The notes: a model not told the origin generated them from the sequence alone. Positions 15,963-28,100 are shown, counted from the first letter of the stretch. The stretch: DNA of 46,892 nt from an uncultured Ruminococcus sp. (GCA_964624945.1 CAZUYL010000001.1:1-46892); one strand, 5' to 3'. A program made the numbers and translations.

Positions 15963-16307
15963 TTAATTATCAAAGGATTCTATAATTTTTGAAATGTGTA
16001 CACTGTTTTCTATAGAATTATCAACCACAAAACGCAGTTCGGGTACCTTACGCAGTTTTAAACGGCTGCCGAGTTCACGGCGGATATAACCCGCCGCACT
16101 CTTATTTAATGCCTTAACCGATTCCTCGGTTTTGGCGGAACCCTCAATAGCACTAACGTAAACGGTTGCATAAGACATATCGCCCGAAACATCAAGTTTT
16201 ACAATGCTGAGCATTTTGCTTACTCTCGGATCTTTTACTTCACGCAAAAGTTCAGAAAGGCAAAGGCGAATATCAGATGTTACACGGTTAATTTTATATC
16301 CTGCCAT
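15963..16307 (-). CDS. rbfA: Ribosome-binding factor A
   Basis: 114 aa with an RbfA-type KH fold pattern. Its start overlaps the infB stop. Confidence 0.9.
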   Translation of the reverse strand: MAGYKINRVTSDIRLCLSELLREVKDPRVSKMLSIVKLDVSGDMSYATVYVSAIEGSAKTEESVKALNKSAAGYIRRELGSRLKLRKVPELRFVVDNSIENSVHISKIIESFDN

Positions 16308-18871
16308 TAATCTTTATATTCCTCCATAACAAAGGCTTCAAAAACGTCGCCCTCTTTGATATCCGCAAATTTTTCAAGACCGATACCACATTCATAGCCC
16401 TGTGCAACCTCTTTAACGTCATCTTTGAATCTACGCAAAGATTTAATTGCATCTTCACAAATTACAATGCCGTCACGCACAACACGAATTTGGCATGCAC
16501 GTGTTACCTTGCCGTTTGTTACATGGCAACCTGCAATAGTGCCGACATTTGAAATTTTATAGGTATCACGCACTTCAACGGTACCGAGTATATTTTCACG
16601 GTATTTTGGTGCTAACATACCTTTCATAGCGGCTTCGATTTCTTCAATGCAGTCGTAAATTACACGGTAGGTACGAACATCAACGCCATCGCGTTCGGCA
16701 GTTGCTTTTGCAACCGCATCGGGACGTACGTTAAAGCCTACTACAATAGCACCCGATGCCTGTGCAAGCATAATATCGGATTCATTAATAGCACCTACAC
16801 CGCCGTGAATAACGCTAACCTTAACCTCTTCGTTAGAGAGTTTAACAAGACTGTCTTTTACCGCTTCAACACTACCTTGAACATCGGCTTTAACAATAAC
16901 GTTAAGTTCTTTAAGGTCGCCCTCACTCAACTGACTGAAAAGATTATCGAGAGTAACTTTTTGTTTTGAATTAAATATTTCGTTTTTGATTTTTTCTTTA
17001 CGTTGTTCAACAAGTTCACGTGCCAAACGTTCGTCGGATACAGCGTCAAAACCGTCACCTGCATCGGGTGTTTCGGCAAGACCTGTAATTTCAACAGGAA
17101 CAGACGGACCCGCAACTTTTACAACTTTACCGTTTTCATCGGTCATTTGTCTTACTCTACCTACAGAAGTACCTGCAACTATAATATCACCTGTGTGCAA
17201 AGTACCATTTTGTACAAGCAAAGTAGCAACCGGACCGCGACCTTTGTCAAGGCGTGCTTCAATAACAACACCCTTTGCCTTACGGTCGGGGTTAGCCTTA
17301 AGTTCGAGCATTTCGGCTACAAGCAATACGTTTTCAAGCAAATTGTCAATACCTGTGTGTGCTTTTGCCGAAACGGGAACGCATATAACGTCACCGCCCC
17401 ATTCTTCAGGAACAAGTGAATGTTCGGTAAGTTGTTGAAGAATTCTGTCGGGATTAGCCTCAGGTTTATCCATTTTGTTTATTGCAACTATTATTTGAAC
17501 GTTTGCGGCTTTTGCGTGGTTTATAGCCTCAATAGTTTGCGGCATAATACCGTCATCGGCGGCAACAACCAATATTGCAATATCGGTAGCCATAGCACCG
17601 CGTTGACGCATAGCGGTAAATGCGGCGTGACCCGGTGTGTCAAGGAATGTAATATCCTGACCTTTACATTTAACACGGTACGCACCTATATGCTGTGTAA
17701 TGCCGCCTGCTTCGGTATCGGTAACGGCAGTATCACGTATAGCATCAAGCAAAGAAGTTTTACCGTGGTCAACGTGACCCATTACAACTACAACAGGACT
17801 GCGTGGTTTAAGGTCTTCAGCGGAATCTTCGGTAACGTCCATAATTTTTTCTTCAATAGTAACAACTACGGCACGTTCAATTTTAGCACCCATTTCGGTA
17901 ACTACTATTTCGGCGGTATCGTAATCAATAACTTGGTTTACGGTAGCCATCATACCGAGTTTAAAGAGTTCTTTAATAACTTCGGCAGCAGTTTTTTTCA
18001 TAGCGGCGGCAAGTTCGCCTACGGTTATTTCATCGCCTACGGTTACTGTAATAGGGGTCTTTTTAATGCGTTCAAGTTGCATACGGCGTAACTTATCTGC
18101 CTCGGTTTCGCGTTTAGCACCTTGCGGACGGCGGTAATCCTGCGATTTTTGTTTGATTTTTTGTTTACGTGAGAAATTGTCACGCATTGAGTTTGCAGGA
18201 GCGATATTTTCGTACTTTTCATTGTATTTATCAATATTAACGTTAGATGTACGTGTATCTACGTGTCGAAGTTGTGCAGGACCGCGATTTGGTGCGGCAC
18301 CCTGTTTCTTTTCTTTTTTAGGCGGTGCAACAAGCGGACCGTCATAATTCTTTTCAGCCGATTTTGTATCTTTGCTTTCAGAAGTTTTTTCTGCCTTTTT
18401 AGGTTGTGTAGCCTTTTTGTTTTCAACCTTTGGTTGCTCTTTTTCGGGTTTAGCGGATGCCTTTGGTCGTTCTTTTTTGGCTTCGGGTTTTTTAGTCTCT
18501 GCTTTTTTGGCAGGTTCTGTTTTTGAAGTTTCGGGCTTTTTCTTTTCGGGTGTTTTACCCTCGGCTGCTGCAGCAGCAGCCTTTAACTGTTCTAAAATTG
18601 CCATTTGTTCGGCAAGTTTTTTATCTTTTTCATCTTTGCGTTTTTTTGCCTGTGCGGCACGAACATCGGCACCTGTTGCAAAATATTCGTCAAAACTTTT
18701 TACCGAATATTTTTTGGTAAGTGCATCAAAAACCATTGCGATTTCGTTTTCTATCAATACGGCAGAAGATTTTTTCTCCTCGCCTGTGAGTGACTGTACA
18801 AGTGCTATAATATCTTTTGAAGGTATATTAAAGTCTTTTGCCATATCACTGATTTTATATCTACTTATCAT
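16307..18871 (-). CDS. infB: Translation initiation factor IF-2
   Basis: G-domain motifs [17 protein letters not shown] and NKMD. K/E/A/P-rich low-complexity N-terminal region. Confidence 0.95.
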   Translation of the reverse strand: MISRYKISDMAKDFNIPSKDIIALVQSLTGEEKKSSAVLIENEIAMVFDALTKKYSVKSFDEYFATGADVRAAQAKKRKDEKDKKLAEQMAILEQLKAAAAAAEGKTPEKKKPETSKTEPAKKAETKKPEAKKERPKASAKPEKEQPKVENKKATQPKKAEKTSESKDTKSAEKNYDGPLVAPPKKEKKQGAAPNRGPAQLRHVDTRTSNVNIDKYNEKYENIAPANSMRDNFSRKQKIKQKSQDYRRPQGAKRETEADKLRRMQLERIKKTPITVTVGDEITVGELAAAMKKTAAEVIKELFKLGMMATVNQVIDYDTAEIVVTEMGAKIERAVVVTIEEKIMDVTEDSAEDLKPRSPVVVVMGHVDHGKTSLLDAIRDTAVTDTEAGGITQHIGAYRVKCKGQDITFLDTPGHAAFTAMRQRGAMATDIAILVVAADDGIMPQTIEAINHAKAANVQIIVAINKMDKPEANPDRILQQLTEHSLVPEEWGGDVICVPVSAKAHTGIDNLLENVLLVAEMLELKANPDRKAKGVVIEARLDKGRGPVATLLVQNGTLHTGDIIVAGTSVGRVRQMTDENGKVVKVAGPSVPVEITGLAETPDAGDGFDAVSDERLARELVEQRKEKIKNEIFNSKQKVTLDNLFSQLSEGDLKELNVIVKADVQGSVEAVKDSLVKLSNEEVKVSVIHGGVGAINESDIMLAQASGAIVVGFNVRPDAVAKATAERDGVDVRTYRVIYDCIEEIEAAMKGMLAPKYRENILGTVEVRDTYKISNVGTIAGCHVTNGKVTRACQIRVVRDGIVICEDAIKSLRRFKDDVKEVAQGYECGIGLEKFADIKEGDVFEAFVMEEYKD

Positions 18872-19187
18872 TTAAGTTCCTCCCTACTGTGTTTGCCGAT
18901 AACAAACCGTTTGAAAAATTACTGTCGTTTACCGATATTATTCCGCATTTATGCCCCGTTGCGTGTGACAACTGTTGCATATCGTAATCATCCAAAAGCA
19001 AAACCGCTGTTTTATATTTATCGGCGTAAAAGTTAACCTCTTTTTTGCTTTTTGGCGATACATCGTTTGCTATCAACACTAATTTACTCTTTTTTTGCAC
19101 GATTGCGGTGTGTACGGCATCAAAGCCGTATGAGAGTTTGCCTGCTTTTGACGCAAAACCTAATAGTGTTAAAATTTTGTCGTTCAA
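18861..19187 (-). CDS. ylxQ: L7Ae-family RNA-binding protein YlxQ
   Basis: 108 aa with [13 protein letters not shown]. Conserved position between ylxR and infB. Confidence 0.8.
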   Translation of the reverse strand: MNDKILTLLGFASKAGKLSYGFDAVHTAIVQKKSKLVLIANDVSPKSKKEVNFYADKYKTAVLLLDDYDMQQLSHATGHKCGIISVNDSNFSNGLLSANTVGRNLNDK

Positions 19188-19456
19188 GAATTTTCACACT
19201 CCAAAGCCAGAGTATTATATATTTCTTTATCTACTTTAACAGAAAACGTATGAGCGAGTGCATTTATTTTTTCCGCTTTTTTTAAACATTCTCCGCATTT
19301 ACAGATATATGCACCTCTACCCGAAAGTTTATTTGTTTTATCTATAACTATTTCACCGTCGGGTTTTTTAACTATTCTGTAAAGTTCTGCCTTAGGTTTC
19401 ATTTCACGACAACCTATACACATACGTAACGGTATTTTTTTTGCTGACAAATTCAA
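19184..19456 (-). CDS. ylxR: YlxR/DUF448 family RNA-binding protein
   Basis: RMCIGCREMKPKAELYRIV... and ...GRGAYIC motifs. Lies downstream of nusA. Confidence 0.85.
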   Translation of the reverse strand: MNLSAKKIPLRMCIGCREMKPKAELYRIVKKPDGEIVIDKTNKLSGRGAYICKCGECLKKAEKINALAHTFSVKVDKEIYNTLALECENS

Positions 19457-19474
19457 AACTCCCTAAATATATTT

Positions 19475-20560
19475 TTACTCACCGAAAAAGCCACTTTCGG
19501 GATGAATGTCGATTTTCCAACCTGTAAGTTTAGCCGCAAGGCGAACATTTTGACCCTTGTTGCCTATAGCGAGTGAAAGTTGTGATTCGGGAACACGAGC
19601 CACGCAAACCTTGGGTTCGGTGCTTTGAATTTCAACCGATACAACCTTAGCGGGTGCGAGTGCTTCGGTAACAAATGCAACAGGATCTTCGCTGTATTTA
19701 ACAATATCGATTTTTTCGCCTGCAAGTTCTTCTACAATTTTGTTTACACGTGCACCGCGTTGACCTATACAAGCACCAATGGCATCAATTTCTTCATTTG
19801 CAGACCAAACTGCCATTTTGGTACGTGAGCCTGCCTGACGTGAAATAGCCTTTATTTCAATAGTACCGTCAAAAATTTCGGGTACTTCGGTTTCAAAAAG
19901 ACGTTTTACAAGACCTGGGTGTGTACGTGAAATCATAATACGTGGTCCGCGTTCGGTTTCTTTTACGTCTACAACATAAACTTTAATGTGGTCGCCCTCG
20001 CAAATAACCTCATCGGGTACCTGTTCTGCCTTAGGTAAAACAGCGTCGTTATGACCTATTTCAAGAACTGCGTTGCCGTTTTGTGGGTCAACACGCTTAA
20101 CAACCGCAGTTATAACCTCACGGTTATGACTTTGGAATTCTGCAAGTGCCTGACCGCGTTCGGCTTCTCTTACACCTTGGCGGAAATTGTTTTTAGAATT
20201 TTGTGCCACAATTCTGCCGAATTTTTTAGGATCAAGTTTAATGTCTATAAATCCTTCGTTAAGTGATTTAGCATCAATTGCTGCGGCGTCTTCTTTTGTG
20301 ATTTGTGTGTAAGGATTTTCAACCTCATCTACAATTTCTTTGCGTACGGTTACGCTGAAAATTTCTTTTTCAACGTCAATAGTGCAGGTTACTATGTCGT
20401 TGCCGCCATAATCTTTTCTTGCTGCTACGGTAATAGCCTCTGCAATTTTGTCGGCGATAAACTCGCAAGGAACACCCTTTTCCTGTTCCATAAATCTTAA
20501 TGCTTCAAAAAGTTCTTTATTATCCTTTTTTTCTTTTGCTGACATTTTTGTTCTTGCCAT
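19475..20560 (-). CDS. nusA: Transcription termination/antitermination factor NusA
   Basis: 361 aa with an N-terminal domain, an S1 domain and two KH domains (IGQRGARV, IGNKGQNVRLA). Confidence 0.95.
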   Translation of the reverse strand: MARTKMSAKEKKDNKELFEALRFMEQEKGVPCEFIADKIAEAITVAARKDYGGNDIVTCTIDVEKEIFSVTVRKEIVDEVENPYTQITKEDAAAIDAKSLNEGFIDIKLDPKKFGRIVAQNSKNNFRQGVREAERGQALAEFQSHNREVITAVVKRVDPQNGNAVLEIGHNDAVLPKAEQVPDEVICEGDHIKVYVVDVKETERGPRIMISRTHPGLVKRLFETEVPEIFDGTIEIKAISRQAGSRTKMAVWSANEEIDAIGACIGQRGARVNKIVEELAGEKIDIVKYSEDPVAFVTEALAPAKVVSVEIQSTEPKVCVARVPESQLSLAIGNKGQNVRLAAKLTGWKIDIHPESGFFGE

Positions 20561-20589
20561 TTTTCTAATTACCTCTATCCTTTTAAATT

Positions 20590-21042
20590 TTAAAAAGTTT
20601 CAACAATATATACTTTTGAAAAAGAATTTTTTTCAAAATAAGTTTCTTTGCCGTCAATATCAAGCGTTATTCCGCCGTCGTAAGATTTTAAAACACCTTT
20701 AAACTCTTTTTTGCCGTCAATACCTTTGAAAAGTTTTACGGTAACCGTTTTGCCTATACCGTATTCAAAATGTTGAGGGCGGCTGAGTTCACGTTCAAGT
20801 CCTGCGGAACAAACCTCTAAATAATACGAACAGTCAATAGGATCTGCCTCGTCAATTATTGGGTCTACCGCGTGTGACACCTCGGTGCAATCGTTTATGC
20901 AAACGCCATCGGGTTTGTCAATAAAAATACGCAGATAATGTGATGCACCCTCTTTTACAAAACGTACATCCCAAAGTGACACACCGCATTGTTCTACGGT
21001 GTCTTTCACAAGGTCATACACCTTTTCGGCTATGCTTGCCAT
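20590..21042 (-). CDS. rimP: Ribosome maturation factor RimP
   Basis: The ORF track starts at 21084, but the ATG at 21042 (MASIAEKVYDL) follows GGAGG with 7-nt spacing. Confidence 0.88.
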   Translation of the reverse strand: MASIAEKVYDLVKDTVEQCGVSLWDVRFVKEGASHYLRIFIDKPDGVCINDCTEVSHAVDPIIDEADPIDCSYYLEVCSAGLERELSRPQHFEYGIGKTVTVKLFKGIDGKKEFKGVLKSYDGGITLDIDGKETYFEKNSFSKVYIVETF

Positions 21043-21113
21043 TAACATTCCTCCAAAATGAAAGTGAGCAGGTTTTGAACCCACTCACCTTTCTAATCAT
21101 AAGTACTGTAACT

Positions 21114-21141
21114 ATTATAACACAAATACTGATAAAATCAA
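21114..21141 (-). promoter_or_regulatory. Putative promoter of the rimP-nusA-infB operon (TTGATT-16-TATAAT, TGT-extended)
   Basis: Minus-strand TTGATT at 21141..21136 and tgtTATAAT at 21119..21114. Confidence 0.5.
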
Positions 21142-21152
21142 GTATTTTTTTC

Positions 21153-21962
21153 TTAAATACGAAAAACGGCTACCGACAAAATTATTATGCCGAGAATTAC
21201 CCTGTATACAGCAAATATTTTATAACTGCCGCGTTTTAAATAACTCATCAAAAACTTTATAACCAAAAGTCCCGATACAAAACTTGCGGCAACGCCGAGT
21301 ATAAATTCTAAACTGAGGGTAAATTCACCTATAGATAAAATTACTGCGGCGGCAACAATAGGAGCTGAAAGCAAAAATGACAACTTTGCGGCACTTTCAC
21401 GTTCTACGCCCATAGCACGAGCCACGGTCATGGTAATGCCCGAACGTGATGTTCCGGGAATTGCGGCGGCGACTGCTTGTGAAACACCTGTTGCAAAGGT
21501 TTGTTTAAACCCGATTTTATTGTAAACTATATCGGATTTAGACCTTTTATCAACAAAATACAGCACAACACCCATAATAATAAGTGCTATTGAAATTATA
21601 ATCATTTGCACATTAAGATTATCGCCCGTTATTTTTTCAATAACCTTTTCAAGCACAAGCCCCAGCACACCTGCGGGAATTGTGGCGGCAACAATCCACC
21701 AAAACATTTTGCCGTTGTGCGTTTTTTCTTTTTTTACAACAAGTTTTACACCGCCCGTAATAAGCGATAGCCAATCTTTGTAAAAGTATATAAGTATTGC
21801 AAGCAACGTGCCTGCATGCAAAGCCAAATCGAATGAATCAGAAATATTATCCCACTTAAAAAGCCACGGCATTATATTAAGATGTGCCGAACTTGAAACG
21901 GGTAAAAATTCGGTAAGACCTTGAACAATACCCAAAAACACCGCTTGCAACCATTCTGCCAA
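21153..21962 (-). CDS. uppP: Undecaprenyl-diphosphate phosphatase
   Basis: 269 aa polytopic protein with the EFLPVSSSAHL motif. Confidence 0.9.
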   Translation of the reverse strand: MAEWLQAVFLGIVQGLTEFLPVSSSAHLNIMPWLFKWDNISDSFDLALHAGTLLAILIYFYKDWLSLITGGVKLVVKKEKTHNGKMFWWIVAATIPAGVLGLVLEKVIEKITGDNLNVQMIIISIALIIMGVVLYFVDKRSKSDIVYNKIGFKQTFATGVSQAVAAAIPGTSRSGITMTVARAMGVERESAAKLSFLLSAPIVAAAVILSIGEFTLSLEFILGVAASFVSGLLVIKFLMSYLKRGSYKIFAVYRVILGIIILSVAVFRI

Positions 21963-21974
21963 AGCAGTTACCCC

Positions 21975-23396
21975 CTATTTGTTTATTAATTCTTTATACA
22001 AACCTATATATGCACCTGCAGAAGCATTCCAACTGTTGTTACAGTTCATAGCACGGGTTCTTAGTATATTCCAACCTTTTTTGTCGCTATAGCCTTCAAG
22101 TGCACGCCATACTGCGTTTTGCATTTCGTGTGCATTAAAGTTTTTAAATGTAAAGCCGTTGCCGACACCGTCACCGCTGTCACGGATAGTGTCATTAAGA
22201 CCGCCCGTTTCACGCACAATCGGAATAGTGCCGTAACGCAGTGCAACCATTTGTGCCAAACCGCACGGTTCACTTTTGCTGGGCATTAAAAAGATATCGG
22301 CACCTGCATATATACGGTGTGCAAGTGTAGAATCAAATCCGAGTTTAAGACCTACTTTATCGGGATATTTTTGTGCCATCTCGTAGAAGAAGTTTTCAAA
22401 CTCATACTCACCCGAACCCAAAATTACAAACTGCACATCTGCCTGTAAAATTTCTTCAAAAACGCATTTTACAAGGTCAAGACCTTTATGCTTTACAAGA
22501 CGTGTAACAATACCCACAAGTGCGGTGTCCGCCTTAACGGGAAGCCCCATCTGTTTTTGTAGTTCCGACTTATTATAAGCCTTATCCGATAAGGTGTCAA
22601 CCGTAAAGTTTTTAAATATTAACTTGTCGGTTTCGGGGTTGTAAACATCGTAATCTATGCCGTTTACAATGCCTGTAAGTTTATAGGTAAACTGTTTCAA
22701 AATATTGTCAAGCCCGTGTGAATAATACGGCTCTAAAATTTCGCGTGCGTATGTAGGCGACACGGTTGTAACCTTGTCAGCACATTGAATTGCCGCTTTC
22801 ATAAGGTTTGCACAGCCGTCATACTCAACAAGACTTTCTCTGCCGGGTACAAGACCTAATAAATCACCGTAAAGTTCCATACCGTATTTGCCTTGATACT
22901 GAATATTATGGATTGTAAAAACTGTCTTAATATCGGTATAAAGCGGATCTGCCTTGTAAAACTCGTTAAGATATACAGGTACCATTGCAGTTTGCCAATC
23001 GTTGCAATGAATGATATCGGGTTTGAAATCTATATACGGTAAAATTTCAAGCACGGCACGTGAAAAGAATGCAAAACGCTCGGCGTCGTCATAATGGCCG
23101 TAAAGCATATCACGTTTAAAATAATACTCGTTATCAATAAGGTAGTATATAACGCCGTCTAAATGTGCTTCAAATATACCGCAGTACTGACGTCTCCACG
23201 CAACAGGAACGGTAATACTACCTATAAATGTCATTTTTTCGCGAAGTTCGGGGCTTACGCAACTGTAAAGTGGCATAACCACCCTGCAACCTACCATACG
23301 GCGACGCAGAGCCTTGGGCAACGCACCCGAAACATCTGCCAAACCGCCCGACATTGCAAAAGGCAATGCCTCACTCGTAGCAAATAAAATTTTCAT
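21975..23396 (-). CDS. glgA: Glycogen synthase (ADP-glucose type)
   Basis: KILFATSEALPFAMSGGLADV N-terminal motif; GT5 architecture. Confidence 0.92.
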   Translation of the reverse strand: MKILFATSEALPFAMSGGLADVSGALPKALRRRMVGCRVVMPLYSCVSPELREKMTFIGSITVPVAWRRQYCGIFEAHLDGVIYYLIDNEYYFKRDMLYGHYDDAERFAFFSRAVLEILPYIDFKPDIIHCNDWQTAMVPVYLNEFYKADPLYTDIKTVFTIHNIQYQGKYGMELYGDLLGLVPGRESLVEYDGCANLMKAAIQCADKVTTVSPTYAREILEPYYSHGLDNILKQFTYKLTGIVNGIDYDVYNPETDKLIFKNFTVDTLSDKAYNKSELQKQMGLPVKADTALVGIVTRLVKHKGLDLVKCVFEEILQADVQFVILGSGEYEFENFFYEMAQKYPDKVGLKLGFDSTLAHRIYAGADIFLMPSKSEPCGLAQMVALRYGTIPIVRETGGLNDTIRDSGDGVGNGFTFKNFNAHEMQNAVWRALEGYSDKKGWNILRTRAMNCNNSWNASAGAYIGLYKELINK

Positions 23397-23412
23397 AAAT
23401 TACTCCCATAAA

Positions 23413-24531
23413 TTAAATTATCTGATCTTTTGCTATAAAGAACGACTGTTCATCTGTGCCCTTAATAACCATACCTTCACTTACAACAGCGTTTTTATCG
23501 GAAACTACGTTTTCAAGTTGGGTATTTGCCCCCACCGTAACACTTTGCATAAGTATACAATTTTTAACAACGGCACCTTTTTCAACCTTTACTCCTCTGA
23601 AAAGAAGTGAATTTTCAACCGTGCCTTCTATTACGCAACCTTCAGCCACAAGTGAATTTTTAACACTTGACTGTGTGCCGTATCTTGTGGGCATATCGTC
23701 ACGTGTTTTGGTATAAACGGGACGATCTTTTATAAATAAATTTTTACGTACATCGGCATCGAGCATATCAAAACTTGCTGTTTGATAAGCCTTAAAACTG
23801 TCAATTATAGCGGTGTATCCGTTATGAATATACGCCATAATTTTTAAATCGTTAACATTTGCCGAAATAATATCCGCACTTACGGTTTCGGCACCGTCTT
23901 CATAATGCGTTTTAACAAGTTCAATTAGTTTTTCACGGTTAAATACATATATATTCATACCGTATAAATCATCGGCATTTATGCTTTGCGGAAAAGCGGT
24001 GCCTTTAATTTGACCGTCATTAGATACATTAAGTGTCATTGTATATTTGTTATTTTCGCAGTTTAAACCGCTGTTGCAAACTACGGTTATATCGGCATCT
24101 TTTTCTTTATGATATTTAACAACCGCATTTACATCAACATTAGATACGGTTCGAGCATCACACAGTACAATATATTTTGTATTGCATTTAAGCATAAAAT
24201 CCATTGCACCGTAAAGTGCTTCAACATAACCGCGATACAAACGTGAATTGCCTATATTAAACGGAGGCAAAATACGTATTCCGCCGCTTTTACGGTCAAG
24301 GTCCCAATGCATACCGCTGCCTATGTGATCCATCAGCGAACGGTATTTTTCACGGGTGATTATGCCCACGTTTGAAACACCTGCGTTTACAAGGTTTGAA
24401 AGGCAAAAATCAATAAGACGGTATCTGCTACCGAAAGGTATAGAGGATATTGATCTTTTTTCGGTAAGATGTTCTACTGTTTCGTCATAAGTATTGGCAA
24501 AAACAATACCTGCTACACTTGATGAAATCAT
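23413..24531 (-). CDS. glgD: Glucose-1-phosphate adenylyltransferase regulatory subunit GlgD
   Basis: GlgC paralog that lacks the GGxGxRL motif, with a left-handed beta-helix C-terminus. Located between glgC and glgA as in Firmicutes. Confidence 0.85.
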   Translation of the reverse strand: MISSSVAGIVFANTYDETVEHLTEKRSISSIPFGSRYRLIDFCLSNLVNAGVSNVGIITREKYRSLMDHIGSGMHWDLDRKSGGIRILPPFNIGNSRLYRGYVEALYGAMDFMLKCNTKYIVLCDARTVSNVDVNAVVKYHKEKDADITVVCNSGLNCENNKYTMTLNVSNDGQIKGTAFPQSINADDLYGMNIYVFNREKLIELVKTHYEDGAETVSADIISANVNDLKIMAYIHNGYTAIIDSFKAYQTASFDMLDADVRKNLFIKDRPVYTKTRDDMPTRYGTQSSVKNSLVAEGCVIEGTVENSLLFRGVKVEKGAVVKNCILMQSVTVGANTQLENVVSDKNAVVSEGMVIKGTDEQSFFIAKDQII

Positions 24532-25769
24532 TATGTTTCCTCCTTTGTTACGTCTTCGGTTATCATTTCTTTAGCACCGATTTTTACGTTGGCACCTATT
24601 TTAACACCGCTGCCTATAACGGTAATGCCAAAATCATCGGGGTTAATTTCGGTGGGGTCTACACCTATTGATGCGTTTTCTTCTACAACAACATTTTCGG
24701 CTATTATAGAATACTTAACCTTAGCACCCGATTTTATAACCGCACCCGGCATTACGAGTGAATATTCAACCTCGGCACCCTCTTCAACGGTTACATTTTC
24801 AAACAAAATGGAATAATCAAGTTTGCCATAAACCTCGCAACCGTCGGTTACAAGTGAGTTTTCAACGTGCGATTTATCTGAAATGTATTGTGGGGGTGAA
24901 GCCACCGTGCGTGAATATATACGCCAATCTTTATCTGAAAGATTAAGGTTAATTTTAGGATTAAGCAGGTCGAGGTTTGCCTCCCACAAAGAGTCAACCG
25001 TGCCTACGTCTTTCCAATAATCGTTAAAGCGGTAAACCATCATTAATTCGTTGTTATTAAGCATAAGCGGAATAACATTTTTACCGAAATCGTTATCGGA
25101 ATCGGGGTTTTTATCATCTTCGTTTAAATATTTTTTAAGTTTTTCCCAAGTGAATACATATATACCCATTGATGCCAAACGGCTTTTTGGATTTTTCGGT
25201 TTTTCTTCAAACTCATATATACTGCCGTCACGGTTGGTGTTCATAATACCAAAACGTGATGCCTCTTCTAAAGATACTTCCAAAACTGCTATTGTGCAGG
25301 CCGCACCCGATGCTTCGTGCTGTTCTATCATTTTGGAATAGTCCATTTTATATATATGGTCACCCGACAAAATAAGCACATATTCAGGGTTGTATCTTTC
25401 AATAAATTCGGTATTTTGGTAAATAGCATTGGCAGTACCCTTATACCAATCGCCGCCCTTTTGACCTTGATAAGGCGGTAATATATGCACACCGCCGTTT
25501 TGACGGTCTAAATCCCAAGGTTTGCCCGAACCCACATAATCGTTTAGTTCAAGCGGCTTGTACTGTGTCAAAATACCCACAGTATCAATGCCGGAATTTG
25601 TGCAGTTTGAAAGCGGAAAATCTATTATTCGGTATTTGCCGCCGTAAGGAACCGCAGGTTTGGCAATTTTGCCTGTTAGAACACCAAGCCTACTGCCCTG
25701 TCCACCTGCAAGAAGCATTGCAACGCATTTTTTATTAATCACAAAAACATCTCCTTTTTTATAACCCAT
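24531..25769 (-). CDS. glgC: Glucose-1-phosphate adenylyltransferase
   Basis: LAGGQGSRL motif. Its start overlaps the glgB stop. Confidence 0.92.
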   Translation of the reverse strand: MGYKKGDVFVINKKCVAMLLAGGQGSRLGVLTGKIAKPAVPYGGKYRIIDFPLSNCTNSGIDTVGILTQYKPLELNDYVGSGKPWDLDRQNGGVHILPPYQGQKGGDWYKGTANAIYQNTEFIERYNPEYVLILSGDHIYKMDYSKMIEQHEASGAACTIAVLEVSLEEASRFGIMNTNRDGSIYEFEEKPKNPKSRLASMGIYVFTWEKLKKYLNEDDKNPDSDNDFGKNVIPLMLNNNELMMVYRFNDYWKDVGTVDSLWEANLDLLNPKINLNLSDKDWRIYSRTVASPPQYISDKSHVENSLVTDGCEVYGKLDYSILFENVTVEEGAEVEYSLVMPGAVIKSGAKVKYSIIAENVVVEENASIGVDPTEINPDDFGITVIGSGVKIGANVKIGAKEMITEDVTKEET

Positions 25770-27655
25770 TATTTTTCAGACTTTAATTTGTGTTTTTTAG
25801 GTACTTTATAATATGTTACCGAAAGTGCAGGTATGTCAATTGAAATTGAATTATCATACCCGTGCATTGAAATGCTGTCACTTTGGTAATATTCGGCAAC
25901 ATTGCCGTTACCTCCGTATTTTTGGTCGGCAGAACAAAACATTTTTTTGTAACGCCCCGCCGACGGCACACCTATGCGATAATCACTTCTGTCTACGGGA
26001 ACAAAATTGCACACGCAAATTATTTCATCGCCCGATTTGTTTATTCTTCTAAAAGAAATTACACTTTGATTGCAATCATCGTTAGATATCCAAGAAAAGC
26101 CTTCCCATGAGTAATCAATCTGCCAAAATTCGCTGTGTTTAATATAAAATTTGTTAAGGTCTTTAACAAAATCCTGCATCTTTTTATGCATATCGTAATC
26201 TAGCATAAACCATTCGAGAGGTTCGTCGTAACGCCACTCTATAAACTGTGCAAACTCTTGCCCCATAAAAAGCAGTTTTTTGCCCGGATGAGCCATCATA
26301 TATGCATAAAAAGCACGCAAACTTGCAAATTTTTCTTCATATTCGCCGGGCATTTTGTTAATAAGTGAACATTTGCCGTGCACCACCTCATCATGCGAAA
26401 GCGGTAACACAAAATTTTCGCTGAAAGCGTAAAAGAATGAAAATGTAAGACAATCGTGATTGTGTTTTCTGAAATAAGGGTCAAGTGACATATACCTTAG
26501 CATATCATTCATCCAACCCATATTCCACTTAAAATTAAAACCTAAACCGCCGTCAGACACGGGTTTTGTAACAAGCGGCCACGCGGTTGACTCTTCGGCA
26601 ATCATCATAACCGAAGGGTTTACGGCAAATGCCGCTTCGTTTAAACGGCGTAAAAATTCTATTGCCTCTAAATGCTCACGTCCGCCGTAAGAGTTGGGTA
26701 TCCATTCGCCGCCGTTTCTGCCGTAATCTAGATACAGCATTGAAGCCACGGCGTCTACACGCAAGCCGTCTATATGGTATTCTTTAAGCCAAAATACAGC
26801 ACTTGAAATTAAAAAGTTCATTACCTGTACTCTGCCGTAATCAAATACACAGGTACCCCATTCTTTATGCTCGCCCTTGCGGTCATCGGCGTATTCGTAA
26901 CAGGGTGTTCCGTCAAAACGGTACAGACCGAATTCATCTTTCGGAAAATGTGCAGGAACCCAATCAAGTATAACACCTATGCCGTTTGAGTGCATTATAT
27001 CAATAAATTCTTTAAAATCACGCGGGGTGCCGAAACGTGACGTAGGTGCAAAATAACCCGTTACCTGATACCCCCAAGAACCTTCAAACGGGTGCTCGGT
27101 AATGGGCATAAGTTCAATATGGGTGTACCCCATTTTTTTAACGTATTTTGACAATTCTTTTGCGGCGGTTACGTAATCGTAGGTATTGCCGTCGGCAAAA
27201 CGTTTCCAAGAGCCTAAATGCACCTCGTAAATATTTACGGGTGAATCTATAACATTTTCTGAAAGTTTTGTTTCACGCCACTCGGTATCGGACCAAGTGA
27301 ATTCGTCATCTGCATAAATTTTAGAGGAATTTGCAGGTGCGGTTTCAAAATGCCTTGCATAAGGGTCACTTTTAAGCGTAGTTTTGCCTTCGGGTGACGT
27401 TATTGCATATTTGTAAATATCAAAATTTTTAATGCCTTTGATTTCGGTTTGCCAAATGCCGTTATCAACTAAATGCATAGGGTTTGATGTTACATTCCAA
27501 TTATTAAAATCACCCACAACGCTGACTTTATCGGCATTGGGTGCCCAAACTCTGAAAAGTGCAACACCGTCTTCCAAAAAAGAACCCATATATTCATACG
27601 CATTATTTTTTATTTCAAGGTTAAAACCTTTATCAAAATTTTTCAATTTTTGCAT
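25769..27655 (-). CDS. glgB: 1,4-alpha-glucan branching enzyme
   Basis: GH13 motifs [17 protein letters not shown] and IAEEST, with an N-terminal CBM48-like region. Confidence 0.93.
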   Translation of the reverse strand: MQKLKNFDKGFNLEIKNNAYEYMGSFLEDGVALFRVWAPNADKVSVVGDFNNWNVTSNPMHLVDNGIWQTEIKGIKNFDIYKYAITSPEGKTTLKSDPYARHFETAPANSSKIYADDEFTWSDTEWRETKLSENVIDSPVNIYEVHLGSWKRFADGNTYDYVTAAKELSKYVKKMGYTHIELMPITEHPFEGSWGYQVTGYFAPTSRFGTPRDFKEFIDIMHSNGIGVILDWVPAHFPKDEFGLYRFDGTPCYEYADDRKGEHKEWGTCVFDYGRVQVMNFLISSAVFWLKEYHIDGLRVDAVASMLYLDYGRNGGEWIPNSYGGREHLEAIEFLRRLNEAAFAVNPSVMMIAEESTAWPLVTKPVSDGGLGFNFKWNMGWMNDMLRYMSLDPYFRKHNHDCLTFSFFYAFSENFVLPLSHDEVVHGKCSLINKMPGEYEEKFASLRAFYAYMMAHPGKKLLFMGQEFAQFIEWRYDEPLEWFMLDYDMHKKMQDFVKDLNKFYIKHSEFWQIDYSWEGFSWISNDDCNQSVISFRRINKSGDEIICVCNFVPVDRSDYRIGVPSAGRYKKMFCSADQKYGGNGNVAEYYQSDSISMHGYDNSISIDIPALSVTYYKVPKKHKLKSEK

Positions 27656-27697
27656 CCTTTCCGCAAAACTGCACTTTTTAAAATTCTATCCACACTT

Positions 27698-27726
27698 ATT
27701 ATAGCAAGGTTTAATTATTTTTTCAA
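27698..27726 (-). promoter_or_regulatory. Putative glg operon promoter (TTGAAA-17-TATAAT, TGc-extended)
   Basis: Minus-strand TTGAAA at 27726..27721 and tgcTATAAT at 27703..27698. Confidence 0.55.
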
Positions 27727-27824
27727 TGGTTTTTGTTAAAAAACCGTAAATTAAACAATTTTAATTTTGCGTTTGTTGTGCAAAATGCACAATTTTTTCA
27801 CGTTTTTCTACACAAAACAACTTT

Positions 27825-28100
27825 TTAACGGTAATTTTTTAAATTTTTGTCAAACAATTCCGATATTTTACCGCTTACAAGTATGGTTTCTGAACCTATA
27901 ACAGTTATTTCGCTCCAAGGTATTACGATGTCTTCACTGCGGCCGAACAACCCCAAAAATCGTAATTTACCAAACACTATTACCGAGGTAAGATTTCCGC
28001 TTTCGGTATCCATTTCGATATCCGAAACGAACCCCAAAACACAACCGTTTTCTATACAAACAACCTGCTTGTTTTTTAACTCGTCAATTCTGCATAACAT
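27825..28100 (-). CDS. ylmC: YlmC/YmxH-family sporulation protein (PRC-barrel)
   Basis: RIDELKNKQVVCIENGCVLGFVSDIEMDTESGNLTSVIV pattern. ATG at 28100 lies behind ggtga; the ORF-track start at 28109 is GTG. Confidence 0.8.
   Translation of the reverse strand: MLCRIDELKNKQVVCIENGCVLGFVSDIEMDTESGNLTSVIVFGKLRFLGLFGRSEDIVIPWSEITVIGSETILVSGKISELFDKNLKNYR

Noticed and set aside
18330-18700. Repetitive A/G-rich DNA (K/E/A/P-rich peptide) that looks like a tandem repeat.
   Set aside because: It is the usual low-complexity N-terminal linker of IF-2, in frame within infB, not an independent repeat element.
16927-18875. Cluster of long plus-strand and out-of-frame minus-strand ORFs (for example 17420..18091 at 223 aa, 18372..18875 at 167 aa, and 16986..17438 at 150 aa).
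   Set aside because: All lie within infB, antisense or out of frame, which has unmistakable IF-2 motifs. Their products are low-complexity or Cys/Phe-rich with no start context. They are typical shadow ORFs.
27686-27694. DnaA-box-like 9-mer cTATCCACA in the glg leader.
   Set aside because: It is a single copy with one mismatch, with no cluster or AT-rich unwinding element, so it is not an origin.
27776-27792. Palindrome TTGTGCA-AAA-TGCACAA between ylmC and the glg promoter, considered as a Rex or CRP/FNR-type operator.
   Set aside because: The half-site spacing is TGTG-N7-CACA, whereas the Rex and CRP consensus sites I recall are TGTG-N8-CACA. It could equally be a weak ylmC terminator stem. 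A single occurrence gives no further support.
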